Below, piece by piece: positions 40,031 to 51,328 of a stretch of 64,000 nt of DNA. Each line of letters begins with the position of its first letter. Position 1 is the stretch's first letter. The notes under the pieces were generated by a model. It was not told where the DNA came from. It was given only the letters and a program-made list of their open reading frames with translations, and did no database searches. This stretch comes from Methanobacteriota archaeon (lineage in GTDB: Archaea > Halobacteriota > Bog-38 > Methanoflorentales > Methanoflorentaceae): assembly GCA_963719035.1 (NCBI GenBank), contig CAVRAO010000008.1, forward strand, positions 32,001 to 96,000, written 5' to 3'. The translations under genes and the position numbers were made by a program.

Positions 40031-40810
40031 ATGAGCGTTGAAAGGGGCGATTTCATTAGACTGTCTTACATTGGCCGATTAGACAACGGCGATGTTTTTG
40101 ATACCACGAACGAAGACATTGCCAAGGAGAATGATCTATTCGCTGAGGGCGTAAGCTATGCGCCGATAGTAATAATTGCCGGAGAGAACATGGTAGTTGC
40201 GGGGCTTGACGAAGATTTGATCGGAAAAGCGTCTGGCTACGAAGGACAAGTCAAGATTCAGCCAAAAGATGCTTTTGGCGAGCGAAAGCCTGAATTGGTT
40301 GAGGTCGTCCCTACACGCAGATTCGAAAAGAGGCCGACCCCTGGAACGCGAGTTTCCCTAGATAACAAGACCGGGAACGTCGAGAGCGTAGTAGGGGGAC
40401 GAGTACGAGTAGATTTTAATTCGCCTTATGCGGGTAAGACGATCAGTTATCAGTATACGATTGAAAAGATTGTTGACAAGACAGTCGAAAAAGTCAAAGG
40501 GTTGCTCAAGTACTACTTGAATAAGGACTTCGATGTTTCGGTCACCAAGAAAAGAGTGAAAGTTGACATGCCTTACGAATTAGGGTTCAATCCACAGATG
40601 CAGTATTATAAGAAACTGCTTGCTGAAAAGATAATGCTTTTTGCCGACGTGGAAGAAGTCGATTACATCGAAGTGCATAAGCGACCCGAACCCGTCAGCG
40701 AAGAAGCTACAGAAGAAGTTACAGAGGCGACTCCAAAGGAGGCTCCAGAGGAAAAAGCTGATCAACAATCGGAAGTGCCAGGAAAGAAGGAAACACAATC
40801 TCCTGACTGA
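40031..40810 (+). CDS. Long-type archaeal FKBP peptidyl-prolyl isomerase
   Basis: GDVFDTT, GLDEDLIG, AFGER, VDFNSPYAGK; acidic tail. Confidence 0.92.
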   Translation: MSVERGDFIRLSYIGRLDNGDVFDTTNEDIAKENDLFAEGVSYAPIVIIAGENMVVAGLDEDLIGKASGYEGQVKIQPKDAFGERKPELVEVVPTRRFEKRPTPGTRVSLDNKTGNVESVVGGRVRVDFNSPYAGKTISYQYTIEKIVDKTVEKVKGLLKYYLNKDFDVSVTKKRVKVDMPYELGFNPQMQYYKKLLAEKIMLFADVEEVDYIEVHKRPEPVSEEATEEVTEATPKEAPEEKADQQSEVPGKKETQSPD

Positions 40811-40960
40811 CAATCGTCACCCATGCTAAAAACTCACGCTTAAGACTGCGGCAATTGTCTTTCCCCATCAACCTGACATTAGTGAAGTGACTTCGGTTTT
40901 TCGCTGAATGCACAACACTGCCCGATGCCGAGCCGGGAACGAAGTCCATCGAAAGATCTG

Positions 40961-41407
40961 CTATCTCTTTAGCTCAGCCAATTTCAACAATTTTCCCTCG
41001 GGGCACGCTTGCGGCGCATCTCCGAGAACCGCAGAAATCGTGAGCCTTTCTTCTCGCACGCCGTCAGGATGGCACAATTCGTAGATCTTGCAGTCAATTA
41101 CCTCGCACTCATTCTGTTTGTACAAGATTTTCGAGCCGACAAATGCGTTTTTAGCGTCAATTGCGACGATACTGGGGCTTTCGACTACTTCGACGGCTTT
41201 AACTCCTAGATCATGTAAGGCGCAATCGTGCTTTATGTTCCCGCGCACGGTTACTATCCTGTACCGACGCCCAACGTCCAGATTCAGGCAAGTGTTTTTG
41301 AGCTTGCACGTCTCACATTCGTTCACAGGCCCATTGAATACAAACTCTGTGCCTATCTTGGCCACGCCGACGCCTATGAGTGTTATGCTAGCGTTTCCTT
41401 TTGGCAT
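40961..41407 (-). CDS. UPF0179-family protein
   Basis: ITLIG..AKIG.EF, CETCKL..C, HDCALH. Confidence 0.85.
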   Translation of the reverse strand: MPKGNASITLIGVGVAKIGTEFVFNGPVNECETCKLKNTCLNLDVGRRYRIVTVRGNIKHDCALHDLGVKAVEVVESPSIVAIDAKNAFVGSKILYKQNECEVIDCKIYELCHPDGVREERLTISAVLGDAPQACPEGKLLKLAELKR

Positions 41408-41488
41408 GCTATCAATCCGATTCAATTTACGCAAACGCAATCTTACAAAAGTAAGTTACTCTGTTTGATGATAAAGATATCAACAAAG

Positions 41489-42523
41489 CTACTCGATCAC
41501 CATCGTGACCTTCGCTAAATCGTGAGCAGCTTTTTTCGTCAATCCTTCGCCAAGAATCGTATAACGTTCCGGTCGGACGTCCTTTGCGTGAAGGAGCGCT
41601 TGAATGATGTACTGATCCTCGACCCCCAGACCGCGCGCATCGACAGGGGCTCCGATGCTCTGAAGGGCTTGTCTTATTCGTTGCCAGTCGCCCCCATGGA
41701 GATAAGCCATCATAATCGTGCCAACGCCGCACTGTTCGCCGTGTAGAGCCGGTTTAGGGGCTATAGCGTCGAGCGCGTGACTAAACTTGTGCTCACTTCC
41801 TGAAGCTGGACGAGACGATCCAGCAATACTCATCGCTACGCTGCTGGAAACTAGGGCTTTTACCACAAGCCTAACAGAATCCTCAAGATTGGGCTTAATT
41901 TGGGTCGCCGAATTGAGGATTATCTCAGTGGACATGAGGGACAGCGCTGCGGCATATTCGCTAAACTCCTCACCTCGCAGCTTCCTCGCGAGTTCCCAGT
42001 CCTTCACCGCCGTATAGTTGGATATGATATCACCGCAGCCTGCGGCAAGAAGCCGATGAGGCGCCTGAGCTATGATCCTAGTATCTGCAATAATAGCAAG
42101 CGGCGTTTGAGCTTCTATAGATTGAGTCCCCTCACTAAAACGTATCGACGCGCGCATCGAGGCGATTCCGTCGTGACTTGCTGCCGTAGGCACACTTATG
42201 AAAGGTAAATTCGCTGTGACAGAAGCAATCTTGGCGATGTCAATAGTCTTTCCTCCGCCAACGGCGACGATAAATCTCTTATCTGTAGCATGACTTGCGA
42301 CTCGTCCAACTTCTTCCATCGTGGCCGAACCGACGACGAGTACCTCGGCCGGATATTCATTACCCAGGATGCCCTCAATCTGTCGCCCAAATGCACACGT
42401 GTGCTTTCCGCAAACTATTAACCCGTCCCCAGCAAGTTTAAGTTCCTTAAGCACGTTGGCAGTATCGCGTATAGCGTCCTGTTCCATTACCACTATTCTA
42501 GGGAGCGACATCCATTTTTTCAT
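41489..42523 (-). CDS. egsA: sn-glycerol-1-phosphate dehydrogenase
   Basis: [36 protein letters not shown]. Confidence 0.96.
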   Translation of the reverse strand: MKKWMSLPRIVVMEQDAIRDTANVLKELKLAGDGLIVCGKHTCAFGRQIEGILGNEYPAEVLVVGSATMEEVGRVASHATDKRFIVAVGGGKTIDIAKIASVTANLPFISVPTAASHDGIASMRASIRFSEGTQSIEAQTPLAIIADTRIIAQAPHRLLAAGCGDIISNYTAVKDWELARKLRGEEFSEYAAALSLMSTEIILNSATQIKPNLEDSVRLVVKALVSSSVAMSIAGSSRPASGSEHKFSHALDAIAPKPALHGEQCGVGTIMMAYLHGGDWQRIRQALQSIGAPVDARGLGVEDQYIIQALLHAKDVRPERYTILGEGLTKKAAHDLAKVTMVIE

Positions 42524-42533
42524 CGGTGATCAT

Positions 42534-43367
42534 TTGGCAGTCGATTTAGGGAACTTTATAAACGAGTACTATTTAAACCCCATCATCTATGACACCGGCT
42601 ACAACCCTGTAAACACGATCACCTGGGCAATCATTTTAGGCCTCAGCCTCTTTGGAGTCGTCAAGCTTCTCAATAAGCTTAAGATTACAGTTGATGAGGT
42701 GTTCATATTCGCTGTAACCCCTTATATTTTTGCGGGGGGATCGTTGCGAGTCGTCGAAGACGCGGGTATCCTTGCAGCGCCGTACAAGTATCTCCTCATC
42801 ACGCCGCTAATCTATTTCTTCATATTCTTTGTGTGCGTCGTGGCGCTTATATTGTCGGTTGGTTTGCAGCGCACTGTTCGCATCAACTATTATTGGCCCT
42901 TCGCGATGACCGGCATCGCATGGAGTGCAATAAATGTCTGGCTCCTCTATACGAACGCGGTGTCGTTTAACGTTTGGATTTTCGCCCTCATATTGTCAGT
43001 CGGCATCGCCCTCAGCTTCTTCGTCTACGCAGTCGCTCACTTGTTAAATGTCGCTCTGCTAAAGGATCGCGTGAATGCCTTGGTGCTCGACGGACAACTG
43101 CTCGATGCAACGGCAACATCATTTGGACTCACGTTCCTACCCTACGCAGAGAAGCACGTGCTCCCGAACTTTCTTATCGAAGCTACTGGTACGGCATTCG
43201 TAATGTACCCGCTCAAGCTCGTTGTGACCATCCCCGTATTGTTTATCATAGATCAGTATTTAAAGAACGAGTCAAAGACCCTTGTCGGGCTCGTAAAGCT
43301 TGCTATTCTCACGGTAGGCCTTGCCCCGGCCATTAGAGACATATTGCGTATGAGCCTAGGCATATGA
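42534..43367 (+). CDS. DUF63-family membrane protein
   Basis: GYNPVNT, LRVVED, ITPLIY, LDATAT, EKHVLP, GLAPAIRD; TTG start with SD GGTGA. Confidence 0.85.
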   Translation: MAVDLGNFINEYYLNPIIYDTGYNPVNTITWAIILGLSLFGVVKLLNKLKITVDEVFIFAVTPYIFAGGSLRVVEDAGILAAPYKYLLITPLIYFFIFFVCVVALILSVGLQRTVRINYYWPFAMTGIAWSAINVWLLYTNAVSFNVWIFALILSVGIALSFFVYAVAHLLNVALLKDRVNALVLDGQLLDATATSFGLTFLPYAEKHVLPNFLIEATGTAFVMYPLKLVVTIPVLFIIDQYLKNESKTLVGLVKLAILTVGLAPAIRDILRMSLGI

Positions 43368-43394
43368 CACGTTTGAAGCAGGAGCGCCTTCTAA

Positions 43395-44813
43395 GTGCGC
43401 TCAAAACAGTTCAGGAGTTATGAGGTGAAGGAGACAAATTTCAGCAACTGGTTTAACGATCTACTGATCGACGCGCAAATTGTGGACGTGCGATACCCGA
43501 TCAAAGGACTTTATGTGTGGTTTCCATTCGGTTTTAAGTTGCGCAAACTGACATACGATATCCTCCGATCATTGCTCGATCGAGATCACGAAGAGGCATA
43601 TTTTCCCCTACTTATACCAGAAAATGAGCTGCTAAAAGAATCAGAACACATTAAAGGATTTGAAGAAGAAGTCTTCTGGGTGACCCGGGGCGGTTTTGGA
43701 GAATTGGATATCCCGCTAGCGTTGCGACCGACTTCGGAAGCCGCGATTTACCCCATGTTTAGCATTTGGATCCGCTCGCACGCAGATCTGCCACTGAAGA
43801 TCTACCAGCTCGTAAACGCGTTGCGATATGAAACAAAACACACGCGACCGTTAATACGGCTACGAGAGATCACGAGCTTCTGTGAGGCTCATACTACCCA
43901 CACCTCTTGGGAAGATGCCGAATTGCAGACCCACGCCGCTGTGGATTTATACAAGGAATTCTATGACCGACTAGGCATTCCATACATCGTTTCGCGTCGT
44001 CCGACGTGGGACAAGTTCCCGGGAGCAGATTACACACTCGCTTTTGACACGCTCATGCCTGACGGGAAAAGCCTCCAGGTCGGCACGATTCACCATCTCG
44101 GCACCAACTTTGCTAAGACATTTGATGTCACCTACGAAGATCGTGACGGCAATCAGCAGTTCGTCAATCAGACGTGTTATGGCATTTCAGAGCGCTGCAT
44201 CGCAGCCGTTATATCAGTCCATGGCGACGATAAGGGCTTGATTCTCCCGCCCGAGATAGCCCCCGTTCAGGTCGTTATTATTCCGATCTATAGCAAAGAG
44301 GCCGACAGCGAGGCTATTTTAAAAGCTTGTACCGAAATTCGACAGGAACTGTCGCGCTATCGAGTTGTTCTCGACACAGACGACATTCGGCCGGGCGCTA
44401 AGTTTTATAAGTGGGAAAAACAAGGGGTGCCAATACGATTGGAGATCGGCCCTAAGGATCTTTCGAAAGGCTCTGTTACCCTTGTTCGTAGGGATACAAG
44501 AAAAAAAGAGAGCGTGAAACGGTCTGAACTACAATCTCGACTCGCACAAGCGATGAGTGACGTATTGGAAAACATCGCCGAAAAGGCGCAAGCATTTCTC
44601 GATTCGCATATGGTCGCTATAGAAATGCCCGAACAAGCAAAGGGCAAGAAAGGCATTTTTAAGATCTCGTGGTGTGGATCCGAGCCCTGCGGGCGGAAGA
44701 TCCAAGAGTTAAGTGATGCTGACATATTAGGAGAAACCGAACCTAGGGAAGGGCGTTGCCCCGTTTGCAGTGCACCAACGACCGTCTGCGCCCTTCTGGC
44801 CCGGCCATACTGA
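43395..44813 (+). CDS. proS: Proline-tRNA ligase
   Basis: LRPTSE, RYETKHTRPLIR, QTCYGISER. Confidence 0.97.
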   Translation: MRSKQFRSYEVKETNFSNWFNDLLIDAQIVDVRYPIKGLYVWFPFGFKLRKLTYDILRSLLDRDHEEAYFPLLIPENELLKESEHIKGFEEEVFWVTRGGFGELDIPLALRPTSEAAIYPMFSIWIRSHADLPLKIYQLVNALRYETKHTRPLIRLREITSFCEAHTTHTSWEDAELQTHAAVDLYKEFYDRLGIPYIVSRRPTWDKFPGADYTLAFDTLMPDGKSLQVGTIHHLGTNFAKTFDVTYEDRDGNQQFVNQTCYGISERCIAAVISVHGDDKGLILPPEIAPVQVVIIPIYSKEADSEAILKACTEIRQELSRYRVVLDTDDIRPGAKFYKWEKQGVPIRLEIGPKDLSKGSVTLVRRDTRKKESVKRSELQSRLAQAMSDVLENIAEKAQAFLDSHMVAIEMPEQAKGKKGIFKISWCGSEPCGRKIQELSDADILGETEPREGRCPVCSAPTTVCALLARPY

Positions 44814-44937
44814 TGCTATGTCGAAAGCAAGCAATGAAGCAGACGCATCTACAGTCTATTTGAGATTTGCGAGACAATGTCCAGGTATCTGATCGCATTC
44901 ATCACTTGCTGCGGCCTGAAAGCCCTGAAGGGCAAAT

Positions 44938-46113
44938 TTGCTGGAGAACAACTTGAATTCAACGCTAACTGAAACCCTCGATCGAAAAATCGCCGAACTT
45001 CAACTTGACGGTTATGCTCAGTACGCTGCGTCTTCGAAGGACGCTAATCTCTACTATTTGACTAGTTTCTTAGCGGACGATCCATTCTTGTTTTTACGAA
45101 CAGGCGAACAATCCATCCTAATAATCTCCAGCATGGAGAAAGCGAGGGCGCTTAGATCTTCAGATGTTGATCGCGTGCTTACGCGAGAGGATTTTCAGAA
45201 GGACTCATACGAAACGGAAGTCGATCGCGCCACACTTAACATGATCGGATCAGTGCTAAGGGAACGTGACATCAAGCGCTTAGGAGTTAACGCTGATTTT
45301 CCTGTAAGTTTAGCAGACGAGCTGCGGCGCACTGGCTACGAGATTGTCCCTATATCTGGTTCGATCGAACGCTTACGATCAATCAAAACGGCCGGCGAAC
45401 TGAAACTCATGGCACAAGTGCAGCGTGCTAGCGAAAAAGCGCTCGCCTCCGCAATCACCATCCTAACCCATAGCAAAATCAGTGGCGACGCGCTGAGGTA
45501 TAAGGGGCAGGTGCTTACGTCGGAACTATTGAAAAGCGCAATCGGCCAGTCCCTTATCAGCGATGCTTGCACGCCGCAAGACGTCATAGCGTCGAGCGGC
45601 GAGGATTCCGCGTTACCCCATCTAGTAGGGTCAGGGCCGGTAAAAGCGAATTCTGCAATCGTGTTTGACGTTTTTCCGCAATCGGTCACATCCCGATACC
45701 ACGCAGATATGTCGCGCACAGTACTTCGCGGAGATGCGCCTCCCGAACTCTTCGATATGTATTCTGCAGTTCAAGAGGCGCAAAACATTGCCCTTAAAAT
45801 GCTAAGGCCAGGGATGAGTGGGTCGGAGGTCCATTTGGCCGTTGCAGATCACTTCGAACAGAGTGGTTTCCAAACGAACCTCGACAACGGTCGAGGTTTC
45901 ATACACTCAACAGGTCACGGACTAGGATTAGAGGTCCACGAACTACCATTCCTCAGCAAAAGGGGTGGGCTCCTGGAAAAAGGCAACGTAGTGACGGTTG
46001 AACCGGGCTTATATTACCCTAGCATCGGAGGGGTACGACTCGAAGACGTAGCTGTTATTACACATAACGGGAATAGAAACATCACCCAGTTTCCAAAGGA
46101 GTTCGTGATATAG
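44938..46113 (+). CDS. Xaa-Pro aminopeptidase (M24B)
   Basis: ADMSRT, HSTGHGLGLEVHE, TVEPGLY, GVRLED. Confidence 0.93.
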   Translation: MLENNLNSTLTETLDRKIAELQLDGYAQYAASSKDANLYYLTSFLADDPFLFLRTGEQSILIISSMEKARALRSSDVDRVLTREDFQKDSYETEVDRATLNMIGSVLRERDIKRLGVNADFPVSLADELRRTGYEIVPISGSIERLRSIKTAGELKLMAQVQRASEKALASAITILTHSKISGDALRYKGQVLTSELLKSAIGQSLISDACTPQDVIASSGEDSALPHLVGSGPVKANSAIVFDVFPQSVTSRYHADMSRTVLRGDAPPELFDMYSAVQEAQNIALKMLRPGMSGSEVHLAVADHFEQSGFQTNLDNGRGFIHSTGHGLGLEVHELPFLSKRGGLLEKGNVVTVEPGLYYPSIGGVRLEDVAVITHNGNRNITQFPKEFVI

Positions 46114-46983
46114 GTGCAAGAAGCCGACGTGTTAGATAAATACCGCGAAGCTGGCCGCATACTAGCAGAGGTTCGCGGAGAAGCCATCAAAAAAGTAAGA
46201 ATCGGTGAAAAATTGCTAGACGTGGCTGAAAGCATAGAAAGCTTAATACAGCAAAAAGGTGGAGCGGTAGCCTTTCCGATGAATATATCCTTGAACGATG
46301 AAGCAGCGCACGCTACCCCTTCCAAGGCAGATGAATCGACTTTCGGCCGCGATCTCGTCAAGCTTGATATTGGCGTCCATATAGAAGGCTATATCGCAGA
46401 CACCGCTATCACTGTTGATCTCGGCAGTAATAAGGAATTAGTAGAAGCGTCGAATAGCGCACTCGAGCGAGCAATTGAAGTTGTACACGCTGGCGTCGAC
46501 ACGGCTGAGATCAGCGCGGTCATCGAACAAACCATCACTGATTACGGATTCCACCCTGTCGTCAATCTAACGGGGCACGGCCTAGAGCGTTACACACAAC
46601 ACGCCCCGCCTGCGATACACAACCGAAGAACTCAAAGCGGTACGACGCTCAAAGAAGGTCAGGTTATCGCTATCGAACCTTTTTCCTCTAACGGCAATGG
46701 TCGAGTTTACGAGACAGGAAAAGCGGAAATCTTCAGCCTTGTGAAGACAAAGCCTATTCGATCGCCCGAGGCTAGATCGATCTTGAAAGAAGTGGAGGTT
46801 TACAAGTCACTTCCATTCGCAAAAAGATGGCTAACGGGACGCGTCGATCTGGGCTTAAAGCAACTGGAAACAGCGGGCATGATCCACCCCTATCCTGTGT
46901 TAAAAGACAAAGGACTCGTTTCACAAGCTGAGGATACCCTTATCGTAACGACCGACGGAAGCGAAGTAATAACTAGAATCTGA
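46114..46983 (+). CDS. map: Type II methionine aminopeptidase
   Basis: AAHATP, DIGVHIEGYIADTA, NLTGH, AIEPF. Confidence 0.96.
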   Translation: MQEADVLDKYREAGRILAEVRGEAIKKVRIGEKLLDVAESIESLIQQKGGAVAFPMNISLNDEAAHATPSKADESTFGRDLVKLDIGVHIEGYIADTAITVDLGSNKELVEASNSALERAIEVVHAGVDTAEISAVIEQTITDYGFHPVVNLTGHGLERYTQHAPPAIHNRRTQSGTTLKEGQVIAIEPFSSNGNGRVYETGKAEIFSLVKTKPIRSPEARSILKEVEVYKSLPFAKRWLTGRVDLGLKQLETAGMIHPYPVLKDKGLVSQAEDTLIVTTDGSEVITRI

Positions 46984-47078
46984 TACCGCTTTTACGTGTC
47001 TTTTTAGCTATCTGCCTTCAACCTAATCTTTATATGCTGTTCACGCAATAATCATCCTTTATATAGAAAAGGTGCTAG

Positions 47079-48362
47079 ATGGAAGATTCGGAAAGTCAAG
47101 TTCTTGATATCGTTGAGCTGTTGCTTACTGCGCATATCTACAATGGCAACGATCAGCTTGATGAAAACGACCTGCCCCCACCAATAAGAAAGAACTATTG
47201 GAACTCCAAAGAGCGCAAGGTAGAAAGACCTATCATCGTTTCAGAAAAATCTGTTGACGGAATCTTTGAGATCCCGCACGGATGGAGTCTAATAAAAACG
47301 TTCCCATTTGTCTCATTCGATGAGTTTGGCGCTCGGATCAGCCTCACTGTATTCGACTTGGGCGCCAAGTGGTTTGCTAATCAAGATTCTTTGTCCCGCA
47401 TCAAACGGAACCCGACCTTGGCATTCTATTATTCACAGCAAGACTCAATTGACGTCAGCTACGAACAAGCGCGTAAAGATAACAAACCCATAGAAATGGA
47501 CAGGGAATGGATACAATCACTAACAGACGAGATCGCAGGCGAGGGCGAAGAAGCAGAAGATATGCTCAAACTAGTTTCTATTTCCGCGCCCGAGGATGTT
47601 CGCGAAAGCCTCGGTAAAATAGTCCTTACTCAGGAACAGGTAGAGGAAATAGAGAAGATAGTAAAGGCAATACAATATAGAGAATATCTTAAAGAGATAG
47701 AACTATTTGAAATAGGAAAGCTGTTGTTCGTTGGGCCCCCTGGAACAGGGAAGACCTCTGTTGCCCGAGCCCTTTCAAAAGAGTTAGGGTTCCCGTTCTT
47801 AGAGGTCCGTCTCTCGATGATTACATCGCAATATCTTGGGGAAACGACTAAGAATATCGGCAAAGTATTCACTCTTGCAAAACGATTGAACCCCTGCATC
47901 CTTTTTATCGATGAATTTGATTATGTGGCAAAAACACGTCTTGCAGATGAGCATGGCGCGATAAAAAGAGCCGTGAACATGCTGCTTAAGAGTATCGACG
48001 ACATCAGCCTTGTCGATGATGGAGTGCTTCTGATTGGTGCCACAAATCACCCAAAGTTACTTGATTCCGCTGCGTGGAGGCGATTTGACAAGATTGTAGA
48101 TTTTCCGCTTCCCGACGCGTTTATGAGAAAAGAAATATTTGAAAAGATACTAGCGCGCGTTGCGGGCACGTTTGACACTCAGAAACTAGCAGATATGACT
48201 GATCAATGCACCGGTTCAGATCTCAGGCTGATATTGAGAGAAGCAGTGCTGAAGGCGTTATTTGAAGATAGAACAAATCTAACGCAAGGTGACCTTGAAG
48301 AGGCCGTGAGCAACTTCAGCAAACGATTTGAGCTCAAAATGAGTGCATACGAAAACATCTAA
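47079..48362 (+). CDS. AAA+ ATPase
   Basis: GPPGTGKT, FIDEFD, ATN, RRFD. Confidence 0.92.
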   Translation: MEDSESQVLDIVELLLTAHIYNGNDQLDENDLPPPIRKNYWNSKERKVERPIIVSEKSVDGIFEIPHGWSLIKTFPFVSFDEFGARISLTVFDLGAKWFANQDSLSRIKRNPTLAFYYSQQDSIDVSYEQARKDNKPIEMDREWIQSLTDEIAGEGEEAEDMLKLVSISAPEDVRESLGKIVLTQEQVEEIEKIVKAIQYREYLKEIELFEIGKLLFVGPPGTGKTSVARALSKELGFPFLEVRLSMITSQYLGETTKNIGKVFTLAKRLNPCILFIDEFDYVAKTRLADEHGAIKRAVNMLLKSIDDISLVDDGVLLIGATNHPKLLDSAAWRRFDKIVDFPLPDAFMRKEIFEKILARVAGTFDTQKLADMTDQCTGSDLRLILREAVLKALFEDRTNLTQGDLEEAVSNFSKRFELKMSAYENI

Positions 48363-48409
48363 CGAAGTAGTAGGTTAAGAGCGCCAACGAGAATTCAGCC
48401 ACTTGTGGC

Positions 48410-49648
48410 GTGGAGGTAGCTAACTTGGAAGCTTGCGTAAATATAGGGATGGTAGGACACGTCGACCATGGCAAGACGACGTTGGTGTCCGCTCTTTCAG
48501 GCACATGGACGGACCAACACAGTGAAGAAGTAAAGCGCGGCATTTCGATCAGACTCGGATATGCTAACGTCACTTTCAAGAGATGCCCGCAGTGTCCGGA
48601 GCCCGATGCATATACAGTCGCGTCAGTGTGCGGCAAATGTGGCGCTAAAGCAGAACCGATGCGCACTGTTTCCTTTGTAGATGCGCCCGGACACGAGACA
48701 CTGATGGCTACGATGTTATCAGGGGCTGCAATTATGGACGGTGCTATACTTGTTATTGCAGCAAATGAACCATGCCCGCAACCACAAACTAAAGAGCACC
48801 TTATGGCGCTCGATATAATTGGTATTAAAAAGGTAATCATTGTTCAAAATAAGATCGATCTGGTCTCGCGCGACGATTTACTCGTTAACTACGAACAGAT
48901 CAAGGAATTTGTGAAAGGGACTGTAGCAGAGCACGCCCCAATTATACCTATCTCAGCCCAACAAGGGGTTAACATTGACCTACTAATTGAGCTTATCGAG
49001 AAGGAGATCCCGTGCGCTGCCCACGACGCGACTAAACCTGCGCAAATGTTTATCGCACGCTCTTTCGACGTCAATAAACCTGGAACGGACATCGCAAAGC
49101 TGCTCGGCGGTGTGATCGGCGGCACGTTGAACCAAGGTGAACTTAAGCTGAAAGATGAAATTGAAATACGCCCCGGACGGAGCGTCGAAGTTGGTGGTAA
49201 GAACGAGTGGGTGTCCATCACAACATCTGTGTCGAGCATAGTGTCCGAAAAGGAGAGATTGAAAGTTGCGACGCCAGGGGGGCTGCTCGGTGTAGGAACA
49301 AAATTAGATCCTGCGTTGGTGAAGAGTGATTCTCTCGTCGGCCAGATTGCAGGAACGCCTGGAACTTTGCCCCCTGTGTGGAAATCGTTTACGATGGAAG
49401 TTAAGCTCCTCGATCGCGTTGTTGGAAGCTCTAACGAGCTTAACGTCGATTCGATACACACGAGTGAGCCACTCATGTTGAGTATCGGTACTGCTACAAC
49501 CGTCGGAATCGCGACCAGCGCTCGCGATTCAGCTGTTGAAGTAGCACTCAAGCGGCCCGTCTGTGCACAAATTGGGTCTCGAATTGCCATTTCGAGACGA
49601 ATTGGCTCTCGATGGCGACTTATTGGAGCTGGAACGCTTATCAAATGA
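48410..49648 (+). CDS. eif2g: Translation initiation factor 2 gamma subunit
   Basis: [25 protein letters not shown]. Confidence 0.98.
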   Translation: MEVANLEACVNIGMVGHVDHGKTTLVSALSGTWTDQHSEEVKRGISIRLGYANVTFKRCPQCPEPDAYTVASVCGKCGAKAEPMRTVSFVDAPGHETLMATMLSGAAIMDGAILVIAANEPCPQPQTKEHLMALDIIGIKKVIIVQNKIDLVSRDDLLVNYEQIKEFVKGTVAEHAPIIPISAQQGVNIDLLIELIEKEIPCAAHDATKPAQMFIARSFDVNKPGTDIAKLLGGVIGGTLNQGELKLKDEIEIRPGRSVEVGGKNEWVSITTSVSSIVSEKERLKVATPGGLLGVGTKLDPALVKSDSLVGQIAGTPGTLPPVWKSFTMEVKLLDRVVGSSNELNVDSIHTSEPLMLSIGTATTVGIATSARDSAVEVALKRPVCAQIGSRIAISRRIGSRWRLIGAGTLIK

Positions 49649-50007
49649 TCGCCATATTGGATGCCAATGCACTTCTCATCCCGTGGAATTTTAGAATCGA
49701 CGTATTTGAGGAGGTGCGCAGGCTGGGATTCGTACCGACAACGATAGAACCAGTTCGTCGAGAATTAAACACGTTGATGAAGAAAGGCTTTGCCGGGGCA
49801 GGCGTGGCGCTGCGCCTTTCAGCGCGATGTCAGACCGTCGAAACTGCAGGCGGTTCGACCGTTGACGACCAAATCCTCAACACTGCTCTTAAGTACAAGG
49901 CAGCAGTTGTAACGAACGACAAGGATCTTAAACGTGAGCTTCGTGAGCACGGGCTACATATAGTGCAGCTAAGAAACAGGAAATATTTAGAGGTCGATTT
50001 GCAATGA
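49645..50007 (+). CDS. PIN-domain protein (Fcf1/Utp24-like)
   Basis: ILDANAL, VDD, VTNDKDL; conserved position after eif2g. Confidence 0.88.
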   Translation: MIAILDANALLIPWNFRIDVFEEVRRLGFVPTTIEPVRRELNTLMKKGFAGAGVALRLSARCQTVETAGGSTVDDQILNTALKYKAAVVTNDKDLKRELREHGLHIVQLRNRKYLEVDLQ

Positions 50008-50029
50008 GCTGATGGACATGAGGGGATAG

Positions 50030-50620
50030 ATGTATAAAAAAGCGAAGTTGATTGACACGGTAAGGCTGCCGCCTGAAAGGCTAGGAGAAGATACGATAGC
50101 AGTCGTGAAAGACCTCCTGCGTGATAAGCTGGAAGGCCGAATAGACAAAACGCTTGGTTCAATAATCGCTGTCACTGATGTCTTAGACATAGGTGAGGGG
50201 CGCATACTGGCGGGAGACGGCGCTATTTATTACGATGTCACTTTCAACGCAATTACCTTCAAACCGGAGTTGCAGGAGATAATCGAAGGTAAAGTCGTAG
50301 AAATTGTTGAATTTGGTGCCTTTGTCGGATTAGGACCGCTCGATGGATTGCTGCACGTTAGCCAAATAGCTGATGACTATATTTCATACGATGAGAAGAA
50401 CGCGAGACTAGTCGGAAAAGAGACTGGACGGGCGATTGCCGAAGGGGATATGCTGCGGGCGAGGATAGTCGCGGTAAGCCTCAATGAACGAGAACCGCGA
50501 GAGAGCAAGATTGGCCTTACAATGCGGCAGGCAGCTCTCGGTAAGGTTGAATGGCTTGTCGAAGCACGAGACAAAGCCAAGAAAGAAGAAGAGGAAAAAA
50601 ATGCCAGAACAAGTGTGTAA
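50030..50620 (+). CDS. rpoE1: RNA polymerase subunit E' (Rpo7)
   Basis: GDGAIY, FGAFV.LGPLDGLLHVSQI, KIGLTMRQ. Confidence 0.97.
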   Translation: MYKKAKLIDTVRLPPERLGEDTIAVVKDLLRDKLEGRIDKTLGSIIAVTDVLDIGEGRILAGDGAIYYDVTFNAITFKPELQEIIEGKVVEIVEFGAFVGLGPLDGLLHVSQIADDYISYDEKNARLVGKETGRAIAEGDMLRARIVAVSLNEREPRESKIGLTMRQAALGKVEWLVEARDKAKKEEEEKNARTSV

Positions 50621-50786
50621 GACGTGCCATCGGTTTGTCGAAGGACTTGTATGCCCTGTCTGTGGATCGAGCTCACTCGGGCGAGATTGGAGCGGCTATC
50701 TGATCATCATCGACCCGAAACGCTCTGAAGTGGCCAAGCGGATGAATATCGACTTACCTGGAAAATACGCGCTCAAAGTTCGATAA
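50601..50786 (+). CDS. spt4: Transcription elongation factor Spt4
   Basis: CKTC..CPVCG, WSGYLIIIDP..SEVAK, PGKYALKVR. Confidence 0.95.
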   Translation: MPEQVCKTCHRFVEGLVCPVCGSSSLGRDWSGYLIIIDPKRSEVAKRMNIDLPGKYALKVR

Positions 50787-50793
50787 AAAGCTC

Positions 50794-51309
50794 ATGCTGA
50801 CCGAAAAACTGCGAGCTGAGCTGCAAAAACCATTTGGTGATCTTTGTTCCAACGCTAATTGTGCAGAAAAGTTAAGAGCTTATAGCAAAATAGTCACTGT
50901 TGGCGACATTACGACCTACAATGTCGTACAAGCCGGCATTGCGCCTGACGTAAGCATCATTGACGGCATCACAATGAGAAAGAGGGTGTCGGACGATATT
51001 TGCAGCGCGATCAGCGTCGACCCACGCGTTATCTACAAAGTAGATAATCCTCCAGGTTCCATCTCACGGCAGCTATGTAACGCGGTAAGCAGCTCTATGG
51101 AGCGCATCGCCCGGTCTGAACGGGTAAGAATCGTCGTCAACGGAGAAGAAGATCTTGCTGTTATCCCAGCTGTCGTAGAGGCCCCTTTGGGTGCCGCGGT
51201 GGTTTATGGGCAGCCTAACAAGGGCATGGTGATTATCGCTATCACGCGAGAGAGGAAAGAGAAAGCAAGACAATTGATGCACGAGATATTGAAAATCACG
51301 CCTAAATAA
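50794..51309 (+). CDS. GTP-dependent dephospho-CoA kinase (DUF359)
   Basis: VGDITT, NPPGSI, GEEDL, YGQP..G. Confidence 0.9.
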   Translation: MLTEKLRAELQKPFGDLCSNANCAEKLRAYSKIVTVGDITTYNVVQAGIAPDVSIIDGITMRKRVSDDICSAISVDPRVIYKVDNPPGSISRQLCNAVSSSMERIARSERVRIVVNGEEDLAVIPAVVEAPLGAAVVYGQPNKGMVIIAITRERKEKARQLMHEILKITPK

Positions 51310-51328
51310 GCATAAAAAAGGAGTTAAT

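Noticed and set aside
48889-49644. Long antisense ORF (251 aa) and similar shadow ORFs across the window
   Set aside because: They mirror well-conserved genes on the other strand and show no motifs
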